From contig NW_021823657.1 in NCBI RefSeq assembly GCF_006345805.1, positions 1 through 22,170 of the forward strand: a stretch of 22,170 nucleotides of DNA. The letters run 5' to 3'. Shown here piece after piece: positions 1 through 11,311 of this stretch. The stretch is from Octopus sinensis (taxonomy: Eukaryota). The translations under genes were made by a program, and so were the position numbers. Within the stretch, counting starts at the first letter, position 1. Every line of letters begins with the position of its first letter. The notes under the pieces were generated by a model that was not told the DNA's origin, made no database searches, and worked only from the letters and a program-made list of their open reading frames with translations.

Positions 1-420
1 AACGATAGAGAAAGAGAAAGACAGAAGTAGTGATAGAGCCTCTGAGAGAGAGAGAGATTGAAAGAACAGCACAAAAATAGAGAGAGAGAGAGAGATTGAA
101 GGAACAGCACAGAGAGAGAGAAAGTGTGTGTGTGTGACAGAGAGAGGGGGACAGCACGAAGGGCAGGTGAGCGGAATAGCAAGAGGGAGAGATTATGATA
201 GCACGATGACGTTCGGAGTGAGTGAGAGTGAGGAGCACAGAATGTGAAGAGAGACATAATGACATACAGTGAGAGATAGCGAACACAATACACGTATGTA
301 TATGTGTGTGTGTGTGTGTATGCACACATACATACATGCATACACACACACACACATACACACATATATAAACATACGTACATAAAACTTAACACACACA
401 AACACACTAATACAACAGAA
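1..420. repeat. Compound microsatellite block (GA)n/(TG)n/(CA)n
   Basis: Runs of gagaga (45-135), tgtgtg (125-135, 302-318) and cacaca/cata (322-410) are visible directly. Confidence 0.9.
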
Positions 421-519
421 CAATAAGATGGAATCGACAAATATCCTGTTACATCTTAATTATGAATGAACGTATAATTAATTGAATTGTAGGTCTGTTT
501 TAGAGATGTATAGGCAGTT

Positions 520-623
520 GATAGAAAGACAGACAGACATAGACAGATAGGTAGATAGACAGACAGAAAGACGGATAGATATATATAGATAGATAGATAG
601 ATAGATAGATAGATGGATAGATG

Positions 624-663
<40 letters not shown>

Positions 664-678
664 CATTGATAGATAGAT

Positions 679-718
<40 letters not shown>

Positions 719-727
719 GGATAGATG

Positions 728-783
<56 letters not shown>

Positions 784-798
784 CATTGATAGATAGAT

Positions 799-860
<62 letters not shown>
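520..860. repeat. (GATA)n tetranucleotide microsatellite, imperfect
   Basis: About 340 bp of gata/gaca units. It explains the spurious YLSI-repeat ORFs at 456-895. Confidence 0.97.
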
Positions 861-863
<3 letters not shown>

Positions 864-1023
864 TGTTTCTTTATTAGCCACACAGGGCTCAACATAGACG
901 GGACTAATTACAAAGTAGAGCTTTTGTTTTTAGGAGAGAAAAAAAGTGGGGTAGTTTTTCGATCAAAAGGGATCGTAACGATTTTCAAAAGGAGGGAAGA
1001 TAATAGATAGATAGATTAGATAT

Positions 1024-1062
<39 letters not shown>

Positions 1063-1214
1063 TAGATAGATAGATAGATAGATATTGGTTCTTTATTAGC
1101 CACACAGGGCTGAACGTAGACGGGGCTAATTACAAAGTAGAGCTTTTCTTTTTAGGGAGAAAAAAAGTGGGGTAGGTTTTCGATCAAAAGGGATCGTAAC
1201 GATTTTCAAAAGGG

Positions 1215-1304
<90 letters not shown>

Positions 1305-1433
1305 TGTTTCTTTATTAGCCACACAGGGCTGAACGTAGACGGGGCTAATTACAAAGTAGAGCTTTTCTTTTTAGGGAGAAAAAAAGTGGGGTAGGTTTTC
1401 GATCAAAAGGGATCGTAACGATTTTCAAAAGGG

Positions 1434-1495
<62 letters not shown>

Positions 1496-1637
1496 TGGTT
1501 CTTTATTAGCCACACAGGGCTGAACGTAGACGGGGCTAATTACAAAGTAGAGCTTTTCTTTTTAGGGAGAAAAGAAGTGGGGTAGGTTTTCGATCAAAAG
1601 GGATCGTAACGATTTTCAAAAGGGAAGATAGATAGAG

Positions 1638-1678
<41 letters not shown>

Positions 1679-1807
1679 TGTTTCTTTATTAGCCACACAG
1701 GGCTGAAAATAGACGGGGCTAATTACAAAGTAGAGCTTTTCTTTTGGGGGAGAAAAAAATTCTGCTAGGTTTTCGATCAAAAGGGATCGTAAATATTTTC
1801 AAAAGGG

Positions 1808-1838
<31 letters not shown>
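861..1838 (-). repeat. Tandem array of five ~136-bp units separated by (GATA)n spacers; each unit looks like a retroposon 3' end on the - strand
   Basis: Near-identical units at 861-1000, 1082-1218, 1302-1437, 1493-1628 and 1676-1811, with GATA spacers of 81, 83, 55 and 47 bp. On the - strand each unit ends ...gccctgtgtggctAATAAAgaaacatat followed by (TATC)n. Confidence 0.92.
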
Positions 1839-1839
<1 letters not shown>

Positions 1840-1939
1840 GGAGACGAAGGGTGGCAGAGAGAAATTGACGTCTTGGATTATATATATACGTATATACATG
1901 TGTATATATGTATGTTTTTGTTCGAGTGCGTAAGTGGGC

Positions 1940-1942
<3 letters not shown>

Positions 1943-1994
<52 letters not shown>
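1943..1994. repeat. (TG)n microsatellite
   Basis: Perfect tg run of about 26 units. Confidence 0.97.
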
Positions 1995-1996
<2 letters not shown>

Positions 1997-2345
1997 GTGC
2001 GCGTGTGTGAGGGAGAGAAGCGGTGTGCTAGAGATGGAGAGCTTAAAGCTGTGAGGACGAGGATTGCTGAGTGACAGAATTTGGGTGAATAGAAAGAAAA
2101 TATCGAAAGCGTTAATTAACAATGGAATAATTTAAAAGTAACAAAGTACAAAGAAAGAACGAAAATGTATGATGAAAGAACGAAAGAATGAGCGAATGAA
2201 TGAGAACAGGAATGCAAGGATAAATAAAGTAATTAAGTGATACAGAACTTCAAAAACAAAAAAAGGCAAAACGAAAATAGTGAATACGAGAAAAAAAAGC
2301 ATATACCAAGTAAGAACGGAACACATAAAAAAAAGGATACACTAT

Positions 2346-2785
2346 AGGCGCAGGAGTGGCTGTGTGGTAAGTAGCTTGCTAACCAACCACATGGTTCCGG
2401 GTTCAGTCCCACTGCGTGGCATCTTGGGCAAGTGTCTTCTGCTATATAGCCCCGGGCCGACCAATGCTTTGTGAGTGGATTTGGTAGACGGAAACTGAAA
2501 GAAGCCTGTCGTATATATGTATATATATATATATATTATATATATAGTATGTTTATGTGTGTGTATGTGTTTGTGTGTTCTTGTGTTTGTCCCCCTAGCA
2601 TTGCTTGACAACCGATGCTGGTGTGTTTACGTCCCCGTCACTTAGCGGTTCGGCAAAAAGAGACCGATAGAATAAGTACTGGGCTTACTTAAAGAATAAG
2701 TCCTGGGGTCGATTTGCTCGACTAAAGGCGGTGCTCCAGCATGGCCGCAGTCAAATGACTGAAACAAGTAAAAGAGTAAAGAGTA
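2346..2785 (+). mobile_element. Full-length tRNA-derived SINE, family A (octopus-type, CORE-like centre, internal TA/TG microsatellite)
   Basis: Pol III A-box-like TGGCTGTGTGG (2357-2367) and B-box-like GGTTCAGTCC (2400-2409). CORE-like (c)ttgggcaagtg segment, central microsatellite, and an (AAAGAGT)2 tail. Several further copies occur in the window. Confidence 0.9.
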
Positions 2786-2940
2786 CTACGGAACGATTGG
2801 AAATGGGGGAAAAAAAGGAAGAAATTAATCTAAGAGTATAAATATGTGTTTCTGTATTTGCATGCGTGTGTGTGTGCGTGTGGTGTAAGTATATGTATAT
2901 GTTTTTAATCTTTTAATTTTGTTTCTTTGTTTTTTGTAAT

Positions 2941-3115
2941 TTTACTGCGGCCATGCTGGAGCACCGCATTTAGTCGAACAAATCGACCCCACACCCACCC
3001 CCATGACTTATTGTTTGTAAGCCTAGTACGTGTTTCATCGAAATCTTTTGCCGCATAATCGGGGACATAAACACACCAGCATTGGAGCGGATAGGGGACA
3101 AACACAGAAAAATAC
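2941..3115 (-). mobile_element. SINE family A, 3'-half fragment
   Basis: Reverse complement of 2580-2755 (ctgcggccatgctggagcaccgc...ttagtcga.caaatcgacccc...taaacacaccagcat). The 5' half is missing. Confidence 0.85.
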
Positions 3116-3123
3116 ACATAAAT

Positions 3124-3160
3124 CATACATACATACATACCAACACACACACACACACAC

Positions 3161-3241
<81 letters not shown>

Positions 3242-3295
3242 ATATATATATAATATATATATATATGTGTGTGTGTGCATGTATATATAAATATA
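3124..3295. repeat. (CATA)/(CA)n/(TA)n compound microsatellite
   Basis: Seen directly. Confidence 0.95.
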
Positions 3296-3297
3296 GT

Positions 3298-3361
3298 GGA
3301 AGGCGCATGCTTCAGTGGTTAGATCGTCGAGCTTACGATCATGAGGTTGTGAGCTCGAATC
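3298..3361 (+). mobile_element. tRNA-like head of another SINE family, truncated just after the B box
   Basis: ggaaggcgca-TGCTTCAGTGG-ttag (A-box-like) and AGCTCGAATC (B-box-like) at tRNA spacing. It resembles the head at 21925. Confidence 0.65.
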
Positions 3362-4171
3362 TGTAGAGCTCGACGAGGTCGTCCTGCACACCCTGGTGAA
3401 ACAAAATCACATCGAAACTATTCAGGAACACCCAGAGAAGCTTCGATTTGGAAATTCAACCATTCAATCAACACCTGCTGGCCATCGGAAAAGTCAGCAA
3501 ATTAGGTCAATGGGTTCCTCACAATGGGTTTCCTTTCACGATCACGCGCAGAGAGTGAATGTGTGCACTTCTTTGCTGCCACGTTTCACGAATGAACCAT
3601 TTTTGAACCGAATAGTGACTAGTGACGACAAATGCGTTCGCTATAAAAATGTCAAAGCCGTAAACAGTGGGATATGAAAGCTTTATTACACTTTGAACTT
3701 TTAAACCCAAATCAAACGGTAACAAAGATCTACTGTGAGCAGTTTGAGCGGCTTAAGTCAGCGCCAGAAGAAAAACGGCCACCTTTGGTTTCAAGACGAA
3801 AGGTGTTCTTCCGTCAGAATAATGTTCGGCCATATACAGGGAAGATGATATTCCGAAGGCTGGAGCAGTCAGAATAGGAAACAATGCCCCACCCATCATA
3901 TCTGCCAGACATTGCACCATTTGATTATCATTTATTCCGCAGTCTTCAAAATTATTTGGACTGAAAAAACACGAATTCTGTAGAGGAGGTCAGAACAGTA
4001 CTGGAGGATTATTTTTCGTCACAGACAAGCGAATCTTGGGAGAGGAGCCTTGCAAATGTACCAGATAGATAGAAAAGCATTGCAGAAAATGAAGGAGAGT
4101 ATATTTTAGATTAAAAAGGAACTTTATTTATCTTAGAAGTATGAAAAAAAGTATTCTTTATGGGATGACCC

Positions 4172-4173
<2 letters not shown>
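3362..4173 (+). mobile_element. Mariner (Tc1/mariner, DD34D) DNA transposon relic, 5'-truncated, with transposase pseudogene and right TIR
   Basis: Motifs GKVSKLGQWVPH (3487-3522), FLNRIVTSDDK (cf. IVTGDEKW), QNNVRP (cf. HDNARP) and PHPSYLPDIAPFDYHLFRSLQN (cf. PHPPYSPDLAPSDYHLF), with exactly 34 residues between the 2nd and 3rd catalytic positions. Ends EGEYILD* (stop 4112-4114). Frameshifts and in-frame TAG/TGA stops are present. The TIR-like ...ctttatgggatgacccaa is followed by TA at 4174-4175. Confidence 0.95.
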
Positions 4174-4220
<47 letters not shown>

Positions 4221-4221
<1 letters not shown>

Positions 4222-4448
4222 CTCTCTCTTGTAATCTTTTACTTGTTTCAGTCATTTGACTGTGGCCATGCTGGAGCACCGCCTTTAGTCGAACAAATCT
4301 ACCCCCGGACTTATTATTTGTAAGCCTAATACTTATTTTATCGGTCTATTTTGCCGAACCGCTAAGTTACGGGGACGTAAACACACCACCATCGGTTGTC
4401 AAGTGATGTTGGGGGGACAAACACAGACAAACAAACATATACACACAC

Positions 4449-4479
<31 letters not shown>

Positions 4480-4609
4480 CGACGGGCTTCTTTCAGTTTC
4501 CGTCTATCAAATCCACTATAGCACAAGGCTATAGTAGAAGACACTTGCCCAAGATACCAAGCAGTGAGACTGAACCCGGAACTACGTGGTTCATAAGCAA
4601 GCTAGTTAC
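4221..4609 (-). mobile_element. SINE family A, near full length (A box missing, small internal deletion)
   Basis: Reverse complement of 2370-2785, including the B-box (gactgaacccggaac), the CORE-like cttgcccaag segment and the 3' tail. Confidence 0.9.
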
Positions 4610-4722
4610 GTAAATATATATATATATATATATATATATTAAGGTATGTAGAAAAATACAACATGGACAAGAACGTATAACTCTTAGAAGATGATACAAT
4701 AAACACGGACAGGACATTCGAA

Positions 4723-4763
<41 letters not shown>

Positions 4764-5221
4764 CTGGTGGTGGTGATGGTCGTCGTCGTCGTCGTGATAT
4801 TGGAGGTGTCGGAGGTGATTGTGTGTGGGGGGGGGGGCGTGTTTCAAATGGTGGCGGCGCTGTTGCTAAATTTCAGGCGTAGTGAGAATCAAATGAATGA
4901 GATGCGAACGAGAGGAGAAAATATTTGAATGGTGCGATACCACAAAAATACAATGACATGAAATGAAATGAAGTCAAAACAATGCTATAAAAGAAATCAA
5001 AAATTAAAGAAGATAAAAAAAAAATGAAACTATTGAAAGAAGGAATGAAGAAACTAGGTGAAGGGAAGAACTTTGAATAGCCTTTTATTACGATGTAACA
5101 ATTAAAAAAGAAACACACAAGAGAACAAACGACACAACGAAAGGAAGAAAGAAAAAAACTCAATCAGGAACGCTTTTAATTTGTTTGCTGAACGTTGTTT
5201 TGTCCTTTTAATAACTTTAAA

Positions 5222-8200
5222 ACTACTGTTGCTGCTGCTAGCACTGCTGCTTCTCTTGCCACTGTGGCTGTCGCTGCTGCTACAACTACTGCCGCACCTG
5301 TTGCTGCTGCTAGCACTGCTGCTTCTGTTGCCACTGTTGCTGTCGCTGCTGCTACAACTACTGCCGCACCTGTTGCTGCTGCTAGCACTGCTGCTTCCGT
5401 TGCCACTGTTGCTGTCGCTGCTGCTACAACTACTGCCGCACCTGTTGCTGCTGCTAGCACTGCTGCTTCTGTTGCCACTGTTGCTGTCGCTGCTGCTTCA
5501 ACTACTGCCGCACCTGTTGCTGCTGCTGCACTGCTGCTTCTGCTGCCACTGTTGCTGTCGCTGCTGCTACAAACTACTACTGCCGCACCTGTTGCTGCTG
5601 CTAGCAGCACTGCTGCTTCTGTTGCCACTGTGGCTGTCGCTGCTGCTACAACTACTGCCGCACCTGTTGCTGCTGCTAGCACTGCTGCTTCTGTTGCCAC
5701 TGTTGCTGTCGCTGCTGCTACAACTACTGCCGCACCTGTTGCTGCTGCTAGCACTGCTGCTTCTGTTGCCACTGTGGCTGTCGCTGCTGCTACAACTACT
5801 GCCGCACCTGTTGCTGCTGCTAGCACTGCTGCTTCTGTTGCCACTGTTGCTGTCGCTGCTGCTACAACTACTGCCGCACCTGTTGCTGCTGCTAGCACTG
5901 CTGCTTCTGTTGCCACTGTTGCTGTCGCTGCTGCTACAACTACTGCCGCACCTGTTGCTGCTGCTAGCACTGCTGCTTCTGTTGCCACTGTTGCTGTCGC
6001 TGCTGCTACAACTACTGCCGCACCTGTTGCTGCTGCTAGCACTGCTGCTTCTGTTGCCACTGTGGCTGTCGCTGCTGCTACAACTACTGCCGCACCTGTT
6101 GCTGCTGCTAGCACTGCTGCTTCTTCCTGCTGCACTGTTGCTGTCGCTGCTGCTACAACTACTGCCGCACCTGTTGCTGCTGCTAGCACTGCTGCTTCTG
6201 CTGCCACTGTTGCTGTCGCTGCTGCTACAACTACTGCCGCACCTGTTGCTGCTGCTAGCACTGCTGCTTCTGCTGCCACTGTTGCTGTCGCTGCTGCTAC
6301 AACTACTGCCGCACCTGTTGCTGCTGCTAGCACTGCTGCTTCTGTTGCCACTGTTGCTGTCGCTGCTGCTACTACTACTACTACTGCCGCACCTTGTTCT
6401 GCGGCTGCTGCTGCTGCTTCTGCTGCGCCACTGTGGCTGTCGCTGCTGCTACAACTACTGCCGCACCTGTTGCTGCTGCTAGCACTGCTGCTTCTGCTGC
6501 CACTGTGGCTGTCGCTGCTGCTACAACTACTGCCGCACCTGTTGCTGCGGCTGCTGCTGCTGCTTCTGTTGCCACTGTGGCTGTCGCTGCTGCTACAACA
6601 CTACTGCCGCACCTGTTGCTGCTGCTAGCACTGCTGCTTCTGCTGCCACTGTTGCTGTCGCTGCTGCTACAACTACTGTTGCTGCTGCTAGCACTGCTGC
6701 TTCCGTTGCCACTGTGGCTGTCGCTGCTGCTACAACTACTGCCGCACCTGTTGCTGCGGCTGCTGCTGCTGCTTCTGCTGCCACTGTGGCTGTCGCTGCT
6801 GCTACAACTACTGCCGCACCTGTTGCTGCTGCTAGCACTGCTGCTTCTGCTGCCACTGTTGCTGTCGCTGCTGCTACAACTACTGCCGCACCTGTTGCTG
6901 CTGCTGCTGCACTGCGCTTCTGTTGCCACTGTGGCTGTCGCTGCTGCTACAACTACTGCCGCACCTGTTGCTGCTGCTAGCACGCTGCTGTTCTGTTGCC
7001 ACTGTTGCTGTCGCTGCTGCTACAAACTACTACGCCTGCCCCGCACCTGTTGCTGCTGCTAGCACTGCTGCTTCTGTTGCCACTGTGGCTGTCGCCTGCT
7101 GCTACAACTACTGCCGCACCTGTTGCTGCTGCTAGCACTGCTGCTTCTGTTGCCACTGTTGCTGTCGCTGCTGCTACAACTACTGCCGCACCTGTTGTTG
7201 CTGCTAGCAGCACTGCTGCTTCTGTTGCCACTGTTGCTGTCGCTGCTGCTACAACTACTGCCGCACTCTTTTGCTGCTGCTAGCACTGCTGCTTCTGTTG
7301 CCACTGTGGCTGTCGCTGCTGCTACAACTACTGCCGCACTGTTGTTGCTGCTAGCACTGCTGCTTCCGTTGCCACTGTTGCTGTCGCTGCTGCTACAACT
7401 ACTGCCGCACCTGTTGCTGCTGCTAGCACTGCTGCTTCTGCTGCCACTGTTGCTGTCGCTGCTGCTACAACTACTGCCGCACCTGTTGCTGCTGCTAGCA
7501 CTGCTGCTTCTGTTGCCACTGTTGCTGTCCCTGCTGCTACAACTACTGCCGCACCTGTTGTTGCTGCTAGCACTGCTGCTTCCGTTGCCACTGTTGCTGT
7601 CGCTGCTGCTACAACTACTACTGCCGCACCTGTTGCTGCTGCTAGCACTGCTGCTTCTGCTGCCACTGTTGCTGTCGCTGCTGCTACAACTACTGCCGCA
7701 CCTTTGCTGCTGCTAGCACTGCTGCTTCTTTCTGCTGCCACTTTTGCTGTCGCTGCTGCTAACAACTACTGCCGCACACCTGTTGTTGCTGCTAGCACTG
7801 CTGCTTCTGCTGCCACTGTTGCTGTCGCTGCTGCTACAACTACTGCCGCACCTGTTGCTGCTGCTAGCACTGCTGCTTCCGTTGCCACTGTGGCTGTCGC
7901 TGCTGCTACAACTACTGCCGCACCTGTTGTTGCTGCTAGCACTGCTGCTTCTGTTGCCACTGTTGCTGTCGCTGCTGCTACAACTACTGCCGCACCTGTT
8001 GCTGCTGCTAGCACTGCTGCTTCCGTTGCCACTGTTGCTGTCGCTGCTGCTACAACTACTGCCGCACCTGTTGCTGCTAGCACTGCTGCTTCTGTTGCCA
8101 CTGTTGCTGTCGCTGCTGCTACAACTACTGCCGCACCTGTTGCTGCTGCTAGCACTGCTGCTTCTGTTGCCACTGTTGCTGTCGCTGCTGCTACAACTAC

Positions 8201-8752
8201 TGCCGCACCTGTTGTTGCGGCTGCTAGCACTGCTGCTTCTGTTGCCACTGTTGCTGTCGCTGCTGCTACACTATACTACTGCCGCACCTGTTGCTGCTGC
8301 TAGCACTGCTGCTTCTGTTGCCACTGTTGCTGTCGCTGGCTGCTACAACTACTGCCGCACCTGTTGCTGCTGCTAGCACTGCTGTTCTGTTGCCACTGTT
8401 GCTGTCGCTGCTGCTACAACTACTGCCGCACCTGTTGCTGCTGTAGCACTGCTGCTTCTGTTGCCAATTTGCTGTCGCTGCTGCTACAAACTACTGCCGC
8501 ACCTGTTGCTGCTGCTAGCACTGCTGCTTCTGTTGCCAATGTTGCTGTCGCTGCTGCTACACTACTACTGCCGCACCTGTTGCTGCTGCTAGCACTGCTG
8601 CTTCTGTTGCCACTGTGGCTGTCGCTGCTGCTACAACTACTGCCGCACCTGTTGCTGCTGCTAGCACTGCTGCTTCTGTTGCCACTGTGGCTGTCGCTGC
8701 TGCTACAACTACTGCCGCACCTGTTGCTGCTGCTAGCACTGCTGCTTCTGCT
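5222..8752. repeat. 72-bp minisatellite array, ~49 copies, built from GCT/ACT/GTT triplets
   Basis: Unit: act gtt gct gtc gct gct gct aca act act gcc gca cct gtt gct gct gct agc act gct gct tct gtt gcc. The period is confirmed by tagcact at 5821 and 5893. Scattered 1-3 bp indels. Confidence 0.97.
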
Positions 8753-8969
8753 GCTGCTGCCGCTGCTGCCGCCGCTGCTACCGTTGTCGCTGCAATTCTT
8801 CGCCCACCCCCTCCTGTTGCTACTACTGAAACAACAAATACAAAAAGATCAACAACAACTACTACTACTACTACTGCTGCTACTACACTACTACTACCAC
8901 TACTACTACTACTACTAAACTACTAATACTACAACTACTACTACTGCTGCTGCTGCTGCTACTGCTGTG

Positions 8970-9002
<33 letters not shown>

Positions 9003-9290
9003 AACTACTACTACTACTACTGCCGCTGCTGCTACTGCTACTGCTGCTACTACTACTGCTACTACTACTACTACTACTACTACTGCTGCTGCTGTTTCTG
9101 CTGCTGCTACTGCTACTGCTGCTACTACTACTACTACCACTACTACTACTACTACTACTGCTGCTGCTGCAGCTACTACTACTACTAATACTAAACTACT
9201 ACTACTACTACTACTACTGCTGCTGCTGCTACTACTACTACTACTACTACTGCTGTTGCTGCTGCTGCCACTACTACTACTACTACTACC

Positions 9291-9322
<32 letters not shown>

Positions 9323-9430
9323 CACTATCACCGCCGCTACCGCCGTTGCCGCTGCTATTCCTCCTCTTCCTCCTCCTCCTGCAACTACTGAAAAACAACA
9401 AATACAAAAAGAACAACAGCAACAACTACA

Positions 9431-9460
<30 letters not shown>
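8753..9460. repeat. Mosaic (ACT)n/(GCT)n trinucleotide region containing two copies of a ~130-bp spacer module
   Basis: Runs of actact and gctgct. The module ...cctcct(gtt)gc(t/a)actactgaaa(aa)caacaaatacaaaaaga(t/a)caac... occurs at ~8755-8880 and ~9302-9460. Confidence 0.9.
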
Positions 9461-9462
<2 letters not shown>

Positions 9463-9670
9463 CCTGAACTGGTACAATCACCACGGCGCCGGAATAAATG
9501 CTTAGTAGCATTTCTTCCAACCTTATGCTCTGTATTCGAACTCCTCCGAGTTTCATAATATCGGAGTCAAAAAAAAAAAAGTACCAGTTAACAGCTGGAA
9601 TCGATGCAATCGACCTATTTGCTCCACCAAAATTGCTGGCCCTGCGCTGAAATTCGAAATCAATATCATT
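9463..9670 (+). mobile_element. Diverged SINE family B copy, followed by a short second head fragment at 9679-9712
   Basis: Shares aaatgcttag.gcattt, aagtaccagt, tcgatg.aatcgac and aaattgctggcc.tg.gc with 10324-10531 and 11596-11798. Confidence 0.7.
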
Positions 9671-9715
9671 ATAATTAAAAGGCGGCGATAAACTGTTAGC
9701 GGCATTTCTTCCAAG

Positions 9716-10216
9716 TTTACCACAAACTGCATTCCATTATCGATACGGAATACTCACACTATTTGAATCTAAGAGTCTGCGATTTCTTCTCACCTTTGAT
9801 TTGGTAAATTCATAAGCAGGCTTGGATTTTCTTAGATTACTTGTATGGGTGATTAGTGCAATACTAAGGGAAGAGACATCCCATCGAAAATGCCTCTGCG
9901 TATTTTCACATTGTCTAACGATTCATTTGCACTTTTCAAATCTATTCCCACGCTGTAGTTGCTTTCCCCCAAAGAGTTGTTAGTTTTCTTCTTGATTTTG
10001 TGCATCCTCAGACATTACAAGAACCAGCTGTGTCGAGCATTAACGTTAGTCATCCTGTAATCTATCCATCCAACAGCTAAATTCTTCTTCCTTACTCATT
10101 TAATATTCAACTATCTACATATGCCAGATCAGCGGTTCACCTTGATTTCTTCCTATAATATTTGTGTCACTCTGGCGATAGCTTCTCCTTCAACCTCAAA
10201 AATGATATAATTCATC

Positions 10217-10217
<1 letters not shown>
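9716..10217 (-). pseudogene. Reverse-transcriptase fragment of an R4/Dong-clade non-LTR retrotransposon
   Basis: My - strand translation across frameshifts and stops gives DELYHF...EKLSPE*..YRKKSR*TADLAYVD...KKNLAVGWIDYRMTNVNARHSWFL*CLRMHKI...SLDNVKIRRGIF...ALITHTSNLRKSKPAYEFTKSKV...IADS*IQIV*VFRIDNGMQF. This matches R4-type RT motifs (WIDYKKAYDxVPHSW, RRGIFQGDSLSP, DIGMQFG). The (F/Y)MDD motif appears deleted. Confidence 0.85.
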
Positions 10218-10275
<58 letters not shown>

Positions 10276-10277
10276 CA

Positions 10278-10321
<44 letters not shown>
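10218..10321. repeat. (ATT)n microsatellite
   Basis: Seen directly. Confidence 0.97.
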
Positions 10322-10323
<2 letters not shown>

Positions 10324-10531
10324 GGCAGTGAGCTGACCGAATCGTTAGCCCGCCAGACAAATTGTTTAGCGACATTTCGTCAGCCTGCACTTTCTGAGAT
10401 CAAATTCCGCTCAGGTCGACTTTGTCTTTCATTCTTTCAGGATCAATAAATTAAGTACCAGTGAAACACTACGGTCGATGTAATCGACTAGCCCCCTTCC
10501 TTGAAATCTCAGGCCTTGTGTCTATAGTAGA
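10324..10531 (+). mobile_element. tRNA-derived SINE family B
   Basis: ggcagtgagctgaccgaatcgttag (A-box region) and gagatcaaattcc (B-box-like). The body gtcgactttgtctttcat...aataaattaagtaccagt...ggtcgatgtaatcgact...aggccttgtgtctatagtagaa is homologous to 11596-11798. Confidence 0.85.

Positions 10532-11311
<780 letters not shown>

Noticed and set aside
861-1838. CRISPR-like repeat/spacer appearance
   Set aside because: The repeats are 136 bp, the spacers are pure (GATA)n rather than unique sequence, there are no cas genes, and the context is eukaryotic.
2100-5165. Strongly purine-skewed A-rich tracts (2100-2340, 4880-5165) and the G11 run at 4827-4837
   Set aside because: Consistent with decayed simple repeats. 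There is no periodicity or four-tract G-quadruplex pattern to support a function.
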